From positions 18,159-82,158 of the forward strand of contig BTVJ01000032.1 in NCBI GenBank assembly GCA_045863395.1: a stretch of 64,000 nucleotides of DNA. Direction: 5' to 3'. A model generated the notes under the pieces. It had not been told where the DNA came from and did not search any database. It was given only the letters and a program-made list of their open reading frames with translations. The DNA is from Myxococcales bacterium (GTDB lineage Bacteria; Myxococcota_A; UBA9042; JABWCM01; BTVJ01). The position numbers and the translations under genes were made by a program. This document shows, piece by piece, positions 1 through 8,068 of the stretch; positions within the stretch are counted from its first letter, which is position 1; every line of letters starts with the position of its first letter.

Positions 1-1727
1 CCGACCCGCTCGGCGAGGCGCGGCAAGCGCTCGATGAGCGGCGCCGCGGCCTCGGGGGGCAGCTCGTGGGGTCGAGTCGCCAGCTCCCGGACCAACCGGA
101 CGAGCACGGGAGGCACGCGAAGCAGCACCACGCGGTCTCCCCCCTCGGGCAGCCACAGGGCCCGCCCGCTGTCCGCACGGGAGAGCGGCTCCCAGGCCTC
201 CCGGGGAGTGACCACGGTGTCGCCCAGGCGCACCAGGATGCGGATGGCCTCCCCATCCCGCTCCGTGACAAGGGACGCGTCCTCGCGGACCAGGGGGACG
301 GGCGCTTTCCCCTTGTGGCGGAAGATCATGGGATGGCCGACCAGCAGATCGACGGCGTGGAGCGTCGCCCCGAGTCCGCAGTCGAAGGGACCCGCGGCGC
401 CGCGTGGCAGCACCAGGTCCAGCGCGTGGGCCTCGGCGGGGGTGAGCTCGACTCCGCCAAGCTCCGTGCGCCCCACCCGGGACACCTTGTAGCCCCCGCC
501 CTTCTTCGCAGGACTTGCGAGGGCCGGTCGCACCCGCGGCTGGACGCCCGAGTCGTCGACGATGAAGGCCATACGCCCCTCGGCCACCGCAGGGGCCTTG
601 GCGTCCAGGCAGCGGTCCAGCGCGGCCAGCGTCCGCTCCCAGACGGGGGCCCCGACGGCTGCGAAGAACTTCACGGCGAGGTCCGGGTTGTCGGGGCCGC
701 CCGCCAGGATCAGGGCAGACTCCACGGCGCCCAGCAGCACCTGGCACTTGCGCTCCTGACTCTGGCAGCCACACTGAAGCACAGGGAACGCCCCGGCCTC
801 GCCAAACGTGAAGTACGCGCGCCCTCCAGGGTGCCCGGCGCAGCCACGCTCGCGGCTCGACTCGTAGCTGAGGCGCGGGGGATCCAGCTCGATGGTGAGG
901 CGACCGGCGGGGGCGCTAGGGAGCGGGGGGAGGAGCGCCCGCAGCCGCGCCCGCTCCGCCTCCAGCGCGTCGTAGATGCGCGCCCCCACGGGATCCGCGG
1001 GCCTCGCGAGCCGCGCCAGGCGCTCCCGCTCGGCGTCCTCGACGGCCCGCCGCATGGTGGGCCGCGCGACGAGCCACTTGCAGACCGCCGCCTGGACCTC
1101 CTTCAGGTCGCGCGTCGTGGCGTTCGGCAGCGCGATGATCTCGATGACCGTCCGGGAGTCGTAGGCGGCAAACCAATGGGCGCTGCCCGCGAGGCCCAGC
1201 TCGCTGGCGATGTGGCGCACGGACCGCTCCGCCTCCTCGCTGACCCCGGCCCAGCGCGCCCAGGCTCCCGTGGCCGCCTGGGACGTGCCCGGCAACGGTG
1301 GGGTCGGCGGAGCCGCGGCCACCACGGCGGCCCAGCGCCCGAGGAATTCTCCGTTCAAGGTCGCCCCCGCAGCACGCCGCGGCCCGAGGGCCACCGTCCC
1401 CCCATCGCGCACGATGTCGCGACCAAGCGCCTCCCACAGGAGGAGGGTCGCCGCCGCGTGGGCGCAGGGCGCCGCACCGCAGTCGCAGGCCGCGGCCAGC
1501 GCCAGGCCCGGCCGGAGCCCCACGGAGCACCGGTAGACGCGCCGATTCTGCGCCGCGACCACCCCGACGAGCCGAAACCGCTCGGTCGTGACGGTCTGCA
1601 CCGCGCCATCCAGCGCCAGCCGAGCCGCAGCCGCGAGCACGGCGGCCCCCACGGAGGGCGCGAGGTCCTCCGCCAGCTCCATCAAGCGCTCCTGCACCGC
1701 CCGCATCGCCTCTTCTTTAGTCGCCAT
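1..1727 (-). CDS. SWIM zinc-finger-like protein, partial (C-terminus lies beyond the window start)
   Basis: ATG at 1727..1725 (plus-strand CAT at 1725-1727). Reverse-strand translation begins MATKEEAMRAVQERLMELAEDL and stays open to position 1; it is absent from the ORF track, consistent with having no in-window stop. Around residues 80-95 it contains YRCSVGLRPGLALAAACDCGAAPCAH, a CxCx4CxH SWIM-like motif. It is in the same frame as the stop of the upstream 1842..5867 gene, 114 bp downstream. The long plus-strand ORF 66..1859 is its antisense shadow. No clear Shine-Dalgarno. Confidence 0.45.
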   Translation of the reverse strand, partial: MATKEEAMRAVQERLMELAEDLAPSVGAAVLAAAARLALDGAVQTVTTERFRLVGVVAAQNRRVYRCSVGLRPGLALAAACDCGAAPCAHAAATLLLWEALGRDIVRDGGTVALGPRRAAGATLNGEFLGRWAAVVAAAPPTPPLPGTSQAATGAWARWAGVSEEAERSVRHIASELGLAGSAHWFAAYDSRTVIEIIALPNATTRDLKEVQAAVCKWLVARPTMRRAVEDAERERLARLARPADPVGARIYDALEAERARLRALLPPLPSAPAGRLTIELDPPRLSYESSRERGCAGHPGGRAYFTFGEAGAFPVLQCGCQSQERKCQVLLGAVESALILAGGPDNPDLAVKFFAAVGAPVWERTLAALDRCLDAKAPAVAEGRMAFIVDDSGVQPRVRPALASPAKKGGGYKVSRVGRTELGGVELTPAEAHALDLVLPRGAAGPFDCGLGATLHAVDLLVGHPMIFRHKGKAPVPLVREDASLVTERDGEAIRILVRLGDTVVTPREAWEPLSRADSGRALWLPEGGDRVVLLRVPPVLVRLVRELATRPHELPPEAAAPLIERLPRLAERV

Positions 1728-1841
1728 GGGCGCAACCCATGGCACAGCGGCAGGGGCGGGGTCAATGGGAAATGCAGGTGGTCGGGGGCACACGCCGCAG
1801 GCATGAGCGCCGACCCGACCCTGAGCGACCGCCTCGCCGGA

Positions 1842-4800
1842 TCAGGGACCCTGGTCTGAAGGCCCCTCCTCGTCCGCCCCCCGTTCGTCGGGGGGCTCCC
1901 CCTCCCCCACGTCGAACGCCGAGTACCGCCCCGTCGTCGCCTGCGCCATGAGGCCCGCGGCCTCCAGCGCCTGTGTCAAGGTGAAGGGCCAGGCGAGGTC
2001 CGTGGTGCGGCACTCGATGGGGCCGCCGGGGTCGTCCAGCCTCCCCTCGAGCCATGCGTAGAGCCCCCGCCGCCCGACCCGGCGCTCGATGGCGTCCATC
2101 AGCATGTAGCCGACCTTGTACTCGTTCCAGGGGCGACCATCGTCGGGCTGCATGGTCCCGCTGAGGCGGCGGGACAGGAGAAACTGATGGTCCGCCCAGG
2201 TGGCGTGGCCTTCGATGACGAGCTTCCCCTCGAAGTACCGCTGGGCCTCCGGCGACTCGACGTGGCGCCCGCGGTCGAACAGCCCGGCCTGATGCTGCCA
2301 GTTGTGGGTGTACTCGTGGAGGATGACCTCGCAGATCCAGTCGTCGGAGGGGTGGGGGCGCACGACCACGCGGTTGTCCGTCGGGTAGTAGTAGCCCCAG
2401 ACCGAGCCGGGAAAGTCGGGCGCGGCGCCCCAGGTGGCGGGACCCACCCAGGCCGGGTCCAGCACCATCTCGGGCGCGAGCAGGCGGGTCCACTCGCCGT
2501 CCGCATACCCACCGGCCTCCGTGCCGATCATCAAGGCCCGCAGGCGCTCCAGCCGGTGGGGGGCCGCCAGGGTCGGGTCATCGTCGGCGAGGGTCCGAGC
2601 CTCGCGGAGCAGCTCCTCCGTGACGGAGGTCGGGTCCCGCCCGAGCAGCCCGCAGACCAGCTCGAAGGCCGCCCAGCGCGAGACCACGTCCGCCTCGGTG
2701 AAGGTGCGGCGGTCTCCCGCGCCCCACGCCAGGAGCGAGATGGTCCCGAGGCCGCCACAGCACGCGGCGCAGCCGTCGGCGCACGCACAGGTCGCGAGCC
2801 TCCGGGCCATCCACCACAGCAGGTCGTCGACGGCGCCGGCGTCACCGAAGACGTCCCGCTCCAGGGAGTCGGCGGCGCCCCAATCGTCCGCCCAGAGGGG
2901 GTAGATCAGGATGCGAGCGCCGGCGCCCGACACCGCGACCACCCGGAGGGTGTCGTCGAAGAGCAGGTACTCGCGGCGAAGCCGGGCGGCCAGCAGGCGT
3001 GCCAGGCCGCGGACGCCGGCGGCGCTCCGGGCGGGATCGCCCGGGAGGTCCACCCCGCCGAGGAAGAGGTGCAGCGCTGGCGTGGACACGGTCCGGGACG
3101 GCGGCGCGTCGGCCAGCCCACTGTGGCGCATGAAGCCGTCGTCCTCCACGAGCCGCTCCGTGGTGGAGACCACGTCCCGAAGCGCTTCCGAGAGCCGGAC
3201 GGGCCACCGCCCCACGGCGAGCGTCACGGACGGGTCCGCCTCGGGGGCGGCGACCGTGAGGCGCCAGGCACGGGCGGGTCGCGCGGAGACTCCACTGGCG
3301 GGGAGGAGCCCCTCCAGGGGGACCGCCGCGAGCGCGTCCGGCTCGACCACATCGGCGCGCAGCGTCGTCTCGACGCGGGCGAGGCGCCGGTCCACCTCCA
3401 GGTCGAGCTTCATGGTCTGGCTGGCGACCAGGAGCCGCCCCACCGCGCCGGGCCGCGGTGCGGGCAGAGGCTCCCGGCGCCGCACCCGCACCGAGTTTGG
3501 CGCGTAGCGGAGCACGACGCCCGGGTGCAGATCGATGAACACGCGCGCCGCGTCCACGTGGTCGGCGAGCCGCGGAGTGCGCGCCGCGGGACCGCCCGCC
3601 GTCTCGTCCCAGACCTCCAGGGTCTCCGCCGTCGAGCAGGACCAGGGGACGGGCCACGCGTCGCCCGTCAGCGCCGGGTCCCGGCGCACGTAGGAAGCGA
3701 CGAGGCGCGGCTCAGCGACGGTGGGGCCTGGCTCGAAGACCTGCACGAGGGCGATGCGCCCCTCGCGCACCCACCGCTCCAGAACCGGCGCCGCCACCTC
3801 CCGCGTGAACGCCGCGAGCAGCCGGTCCGCCGGGATGGGGTGCCCGCCGAAGTCGCCGAACAGCCTGCCCAGCTCGTGCAGGACCAGGTCGGCGCCCGGG
3901 GTAGGCAAGAGCGCGCTCGGCCCGCGGAGCGCGTCCGACGGGGAGCCCGGCCAGGTCCCGTCCCCCATCTCCCGCAAGGTCTCCAGGTCGTCGGGGGACG
4001 GCGTGGCGAGCAGGATCAGGGCGCCACCGTCCACCAGCGCCGCCCGGAGCGGAGCCAGGGTGGCCTCCGGGATGGGGCCCGCGCCGAGCAGGATGACCAC
4101 GTCCCACTGGGCGGCCCGATCGACGGCCACGTGCGCGCTGGAGAGGAAGTCCCAGGCGAGGGAGGGCGCCACACCGGCTCCGCTGGCCACGGCCTCCACG
4201 ACCTGGTCGCGCAGGCGGCTGCGGGCCTCGGGGCCGAGCAGGGGCAACGGATCCACGAGGGCCAGGCGCGGCGGCCGCTGGTCTTCCGCGTGGAGGCGGC
4301 TCCAGCAGCGCCCGATCTCGACGAGGACGGAGTGGACCTCGCCCATGTAGCTGCCCCGCGCGAACGTAGGACGCTCCGCAGCGGAGTCCACCAGCTCCAT
4401 GGGCGCCATCCAGCCGACGACCGTGCTCGCGCCCACCCAGGAGAGCAGAGAGACCGTCTCCACGTGGGCCTCGCCCAGCAGGTACTTGGCGAAGGCGTCC
4501 TGGTTCTGCATGGGCGGCAGGATCAGGACCACCGTCGGGTTGGCTCCGAGGGCCGCTGCGGTGATCCGTAGCCGCGCGAGGGCCACCCGCAGGCGGAGGA
4601 GCTCGTGGCGAGGCAGGCGCTCCGGGTGGTCGACGACGACGAACCGGAGGCGCCGCAGGAAGGCGGCCGCCGCCCCGTTGGCGTGGGCGAGGACCCCCCG
4701 GCTGAGCATCAGGGCGTCTGCGTAGAGCACGTCGACGCCCGTGAGCTCCACGCTCGAGGCTGCCCCGTAGAGGGCCCTGTCGCACACGTGGCCATCGAGC

Positions 4801-5867
4801 CCCGCCGCCGACAGCAGCCGCCGGAGGACGACCCGCGGGTGCCTCACGGCGCCGCGACCACGCAGCCGCGTGTCGGCGTCCACGCCATCGTCGGGCCCCG
4901 ATGGCGTCACGCAGAACAGCGCGCCTTCCCGGTGCAGGATCGCGCCGAGGGCCACGAGGCAGGCGACCGTGGTCCGCCCCGAGCCCACGTCGCCCATGAG
5001 GATGACGTCTCGCGCGTCGCGGTGCTGGTCGGCCGCGAGCAGGGCGTCGACGGCCCGCCCCTGCCCCTCGGTGAGCGCAAGGCCTGCGGCGCGCACCACC
5101 TGGTCGAGGCGCGGCCACCTCCGTAAGAGCGCAGCGAGGGGCTCCCCGGAGGCCTCGGCGACCCGCTGCACCGCGCTGAGGTGGCGCTCCACCACGACCT
5201 GCCGCCGGTAGAGGCTCGACGCCCGGAGCAGGCGCAGGAGCTCCTCCGCCGTGGCCTGGCGGGGCGGATCCGGCACCGTGGGGGTCACCGCCGTGGCAGC
5301 GGCGGGCTCCTCCAGCACCCGCGGCAGCGGGATGAGCGTAGCGATCCCCAGCGCCCCGAAGAACAGCGCCACCCCGAACACCAAGGGCGCCGCGGCGAGC
5401 GTCACCAGGCTCGTCAAGAGGATGGGGACGCTGAGGGCGCCGGCGAGCGCGAGGGCGAAGCCGGCTAAGAGGTGCAGCAGCGCGGCTCCGGCGGTACCGT
5501 GGGACGCGCGGCGGCAGAAGCGCCCGAAGCCCGAGGTCTCGCCACGGGTGAGCGCGAGGGAGCTCGCGGCCGGGGCGGCGGCCATCCACCCGAGGCCGAT
5601 GGCGAGTATGAAGAGCGCTGCGCAGAGGAATCCCGCCCACAGGATCCGCGCCCCGCGTGCGACGTCCCCCGCCTGGGACCGGGAGCCGACGAAGCCCTCG
5701 AGCGCCGCGCGCGCCCACTCGGGGAGCAGCGACGCCAGCGCCGCGTCCGCCTCCGCCAGCACGGCGACGGCGAGCAGGACCCCGATGGCCAGCGCGAACA
5801 GACCGCTGCCCACCAGCACGACCTTCGCGCGCCAGGCCCGGACCGAGGCGTCGAGGGTGGCGCTCAT
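1842..5867 (-). CDS. Membrane-anchored multidomain protein (1341 aa): N-terminal transmembrane (TM) helices, P-loop-like segment, Cys-cluster, C-terminal HExxH motif
   Basis: ATG at 5867 (plus CAT 5865-5867), with a GGAGG 8 nt upstream. ATGA overlap with the stop of the 5864..8053 gene. The first ~190 aa hold 3-4 hydrophobic helices, then ILMGDVGSGRTTVA (Walker-A-like with R in place of K), VVVDHPERL, RRLATCACADGCAACCGG (Cys cluster) and VILHEYTHNWQH (HExxH). The ORF-track ORF 1842..6095 contains it; the upstream Arg/Pro-rich 76 aa were judged non-coding. Confidence 0.7.
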   Translation of the reverse strand: MSATLDASVRAWRAKVVLVGSGLFALAIGVLLAVAVLAEADAALASLLPEWARAALEGFVGSRSQAGDVARGARILWAGFLCAALFILAIGLGWMAAAPAASSLALTRGETSGFGRFCRRASHGTAGAALLHLLAGFALALAGALSVPILLTSLVTLAAAPLVFGVALFFGALGIATLIPLPRVLEEPAAATAVTPTVPDPPRQATAEELLRLLRASSLYRRQVVVERHLSAVQRVAEASGEPLAALLRRWPRLDQVVRAAGLALTEGQGRAVDALLAADQHRDARDVILMGDVGSGRTTVACLVALGAILHREGALFCVTPSGPDDGVDADTRLRGRGAVRHPRVVLRRLLSAAGLDGHVCDRALYGAASSVELTGVDVLYADALMLSRGVLAHANGAAAAFLRRLRFVVVDHPERLPRHELLRLRVALARLRITAAALGANPTVVLILPPMQNQDAFAKYLLGEAHVETVSLLSWVGASTVVGWMAPMELVDSAAERPTFARGSYMGEVHSVLVEIGRCWSRLHAEDQRPPRLALVDPLPLLGPEARSRLRDQVVEAVASGAGVAPSLAWDFLSSAHVAVDRAAQWDVVILLGAGPIPEATLAPLRAALVDGGALILLATPSPDDLETLREMGDGTWPGSPSDALRGPSALLPTPGADLVLHELGRLFGDFGGHPIPADRLLAAFTREVAAPVLERWVREGRIALVQVFEPGPTVAEPRLVASYVRRDPALTGDAWPVPWSCSTAETLEVWDETAGGPAARTPRLADHVDAARVFIDLHPGVVLRYAPNSVRVRRREPLPAPRPGAVGRLLVASQTMKLDLEVDRRLARVETTLRADVVEPDALAAVPLEGLLPASGVSARPARAWRLTVAAPEADPSVTLAVGRWPVRLSEALRDVVSTTERLVEDDGFMRHSGLADAPPSRTVSTPALHLFLGGVDLPGDPARSAAGVRGLARLLAARLRREYLLFDDTLRVVAVSGAGARILIYPLWADDWGAADSLERDVFGDAGAVDDLLWWMARRLATCACADGCAACCGGLGTISLLAWGAGDRRTFTEADVVSRWAAFELVCGLLGRDPTSVTEELLREARTLADDDPTLAAPHRLERLRALMIGTEAGGYADGEWTRLLAPEMVLDPAWVGPATWGAAPDFPGSVWGYYYPTDNRVVVRPHPSDDWICEVILHEYTHNWQHQAGLFDRGRHVESPEAQRYFEGKLVIEGHATWADHQFLLSRRLSGTMQPDDGRPWNEYKVGYMLMDAIERRVGRRGLYAWLEGRLDDPGGPIECRTTDLAWPFTLTQALEAAGLMAQATTGRYSAFDVGEGEPPDERGADEEGPSDQGP

Positions 5868-8053
5868 AGAGCCTCCGGTGCGGGACGGGCGGCGCGGTGT
5901 CGGACCTGCACGACCAGGAGGCAGCCCGGGGAGACGGCACCCTCCAGCGGGAGGACCTCGGGAAGCTCGACGTCGCCGAGGGCCGGAGCCACCAGGACGC
6001 CTGCGATGGCGTACGTGTGGGGGGAACCACCGGGGCCCCCGGGCAGCCGGTGCGAGTCGCTCGCCCACCGGACGGCCCGCCTGGCTCTCTCGCACAACGC
6101 CGCACGAAGCACGGCGACCCGCCTGCCCTCGACCACGAGGTCCGCGAGCAGGGGCCGCACGAGCGCCAGGTGTTCGTCACGGGTGATGCGCGTGGGGGGC
6201 TCGGACAGGGTGACGCACCGGTCGAGGCGCCGGAGCCAGGCGTCCAGAGGCGGCGCGTCCGCCTCGCCGATGAGCTCTGGACCAACGGCGAGAGAGAAGC
6301 GCCCCGCCTCCTCATCGTCGTGGGCCCGCACGTGCAGGGCGGAGTCCAGCGCCAGGTGCTCCTGCTGGAGGATGCGCCGGAGCCCGGCCACCTCGGCGAT
6401 CAGGCGCGAGCGGGCGTGGGCCACGTCGCGGAGCAGCGCGCCCGCGGCAGCATAGCGGACCTCATGAGCGACGGCCTCCGCGCCACGCACCAGGACCCCA
6501 CCCACGGTCTCCGTGGCGTCGCGCACCCCGGGCTCCTCGACCTCCTTCGTCCAGCGCTCACCCCACTCGCGCTGCTGTGCGCCCCGGGACCGGAGCTGAA
6601 ACACCCCCACCAGCGCCCCGAGGAGCGTCACGCCGCCGACGATGGCCGCGGCCGTCCCCGCCGTCTGCACTCCGGCCACCAGGGTCCCGACCCAGGCGGC
6701 GGCGGCGAAGCCCAGGACGGCAGCGGCGACCTCCAAGCGCGCGGCGAGGCGCGTGGGGACCGTCGCCACCGCGCTCAGGACGCCACCTTCATTGCCGAGC
6801 CACGACGGCTGGAGCTGCCGCGCCGTCCGGGCGGCGTCCGGCACCCCGAAGCGGGGCGGGGGCGGCGAGGTCGGGCGCCGGCGCCGCACGGCCTCGGCGA
6901 GCCCGTCGAGCAGCGCCAGGGCCTCGCCGATGGCCTCGCGCGGGACGCCGGCGAGCCGGATGTCCTTGTCCACGTCCTTCGCGAGCGCCCCAAAGGCGCC
7001 CGTGGCCTGCGTGACGGCCGCGGCGACCACCTGGTCGAGCACCTGCGGGGCCCCCGCCTCCACGGACTGCGCGAGATCCTCCGTCCAGAACGCGGCGTTG
7101 TGGGGTAGCACCAGGTTGGCGGCGCCGGGATCGCGGGGGTCGTCGACGGCGGCGCCGGGGCGGAGCCACCCCCCCGACCGCCCTCGAAACGCCCGCAGCG
7201 TCTTGGTCTCCACCTCGGCGTCGAACACGGCGCCGATGGCGCGGCGGTGCGTGTCCTGGCGCGTCGCCACGGCCTTCGCGATCACCCCCATCGCGTCCTC
7301 CCCGAGGGGCTGGCTCGGGTCGGGGACGCCGCGCTTGCCCGCCAGGAGCGCAGCGATTCGCGCGCGGGCCAGGGCCTCGTGGACGGGCGCGTCGAGCAGC
7401 GCGCACGCGGCCTCCACGGCCTCGACGCCGGTGCCTGGCGCGCCGAGCAGCTTGTCCGCCTCTCCCCCGCTCGCGGAGACGGCGTGGACCGCCGCCATGG
7501 TGGCGACGAGCGAGGCGAGGCCGTGGCGCTCGAAGGTCCGCGCCCGCGCCGCCCCGTCCCGGGTCCCCTCCAAGAGCGGGATCGCGCGGCGCCCGGGCCC
7601 GGCGAACAACGAGGGCGCGGTGACCGGGGTTTCGGGCTGCTCCGTGAAGGCCCATGGAACGAGACGCAGGGTGCCCTGACCGAGGCCCGGCCCCACATGG
7701 TCGAGCCAGGCCTCGAGCGTCCGCCAGACCTCGTCCAGCTCTGCGAGCGCTCCGTCACGCTCGTCGCCAGCGCGAGGGAGCCTCAGCGCCGGTGACACGA
7801 CGATGATGGCGCCCCACTCCGTGCCACGCCGCAGCGCGCGCTCCATGGCCCCAGTCAGGCGGTCGGCCAGAGGGGCCTCACCCTCGAAGGGCACCACCAG
7901 GAGCGGCTCGGGGCGCACCTCCAGCTCGCCCGCCCTGGAGAGATCCCCGCCGATCCGGCGCGGCTCGAACGAGGCGAGCGAGACGAGCTCCTCGACGGCG
8001 CGCTGGGCGCGCTGGCCCGCGAGGCCGCGGAGTGGGATGAGGACCAGCGCCAC
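5864..8053 (-). CDS. Hypothetical membrane protein (729 aa) with internal TM hairpin
   Basis: GTG start at 8053 with GGAGGGG 6 nt upstream; 13 bp after the stop of 8069..11344; its stop overlaps the next start (ATGA). Hydrophobic segment ATVPTRLAARLEVAAAVLGFAAAAWVGTLVAGVQTAGTAAAIVGGVTLLGALVGVF. No recognisable catalytic motif. Confidence 0.62.
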   Translation of the reverse strand: MALVLIPLRGLAGQRAQRAVEELVSLASFEPRRIGGDLSRAGELEVRPEPLLVVPFEGEAPLADRLTGAMERALRRGTEWGAIIVVSPALRLPRAGDERDGALAELDEVWRTLEAWLDHVGPGLGQGTLRLVPWAFTEQPETPVTAPSLFAGPGRRAIPLLEGTRDGAARARTFERHGLASLVATMAAVHAVSASGGEADKLLGAPGTGVEAVEAACALLDAPVHEALARARIAALLAGKRGVPDPSQPLGEDAMGVIAKAVATRQDTHRRAIGAVFDAEVETKTLRAFRGRSGGWLRPGAAVDDPRDPGAANLVLPHNAAFWTEDLAQSVEAGAPQVLDQVVAAAVTQATGAFGALAKDVDKDIRLAGVPREAIGEALALLDGLAEAVRRRRPTSPPPPRFGVPDAARTARQLQPSWLGNEGGVLSAVATVPTRLAARLEVAAAVLGFAAAAWVGTLVAGVQTAGTAAAIVGGVTLLGALVGVFQLRSRGAQQREWGERWTKEVEEPGVRDATETVGGVLVRGAEAVAHEVRYAAAGALLRDVAHARSRLIAEVAGLRRILQQEHLALDSALHVRAHDDEEAGRFSLAVGPELIGEADAPPLDAWLRRLDRCVTLSEPPTRITRDEHLALVRPLLADLVVEGRRVAVLRAALCERARRAVRWASDSHRLPGGPGGSPHTYAIAGVLVAPALGDVELPEVLPLEGAVSPGCLLVVQVRHRAARPAPEAL

Positions 8054-8068
8054 GGCGCCCCTCCGCGC

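Noticed and set aside
66-1859. 597-aa plus-strand ORF (and nested 34..492, 562..759)
   Set aside because: Arg/Gly/Pro/His-rich with no motifs. It is the exact antisense of the well-formed SWIM-like gene on the minus strand, so it is a GC-driven shadow ORF.
2187-4571. 794-aa plus-strand ORF and 3712..6315 867-aa minus-strand ORF
   Set aside because: Out-of-frame or antisense overlaps of the 1842..5867 gene. Arg/Gly/Pro-dominated low-complexity translations.
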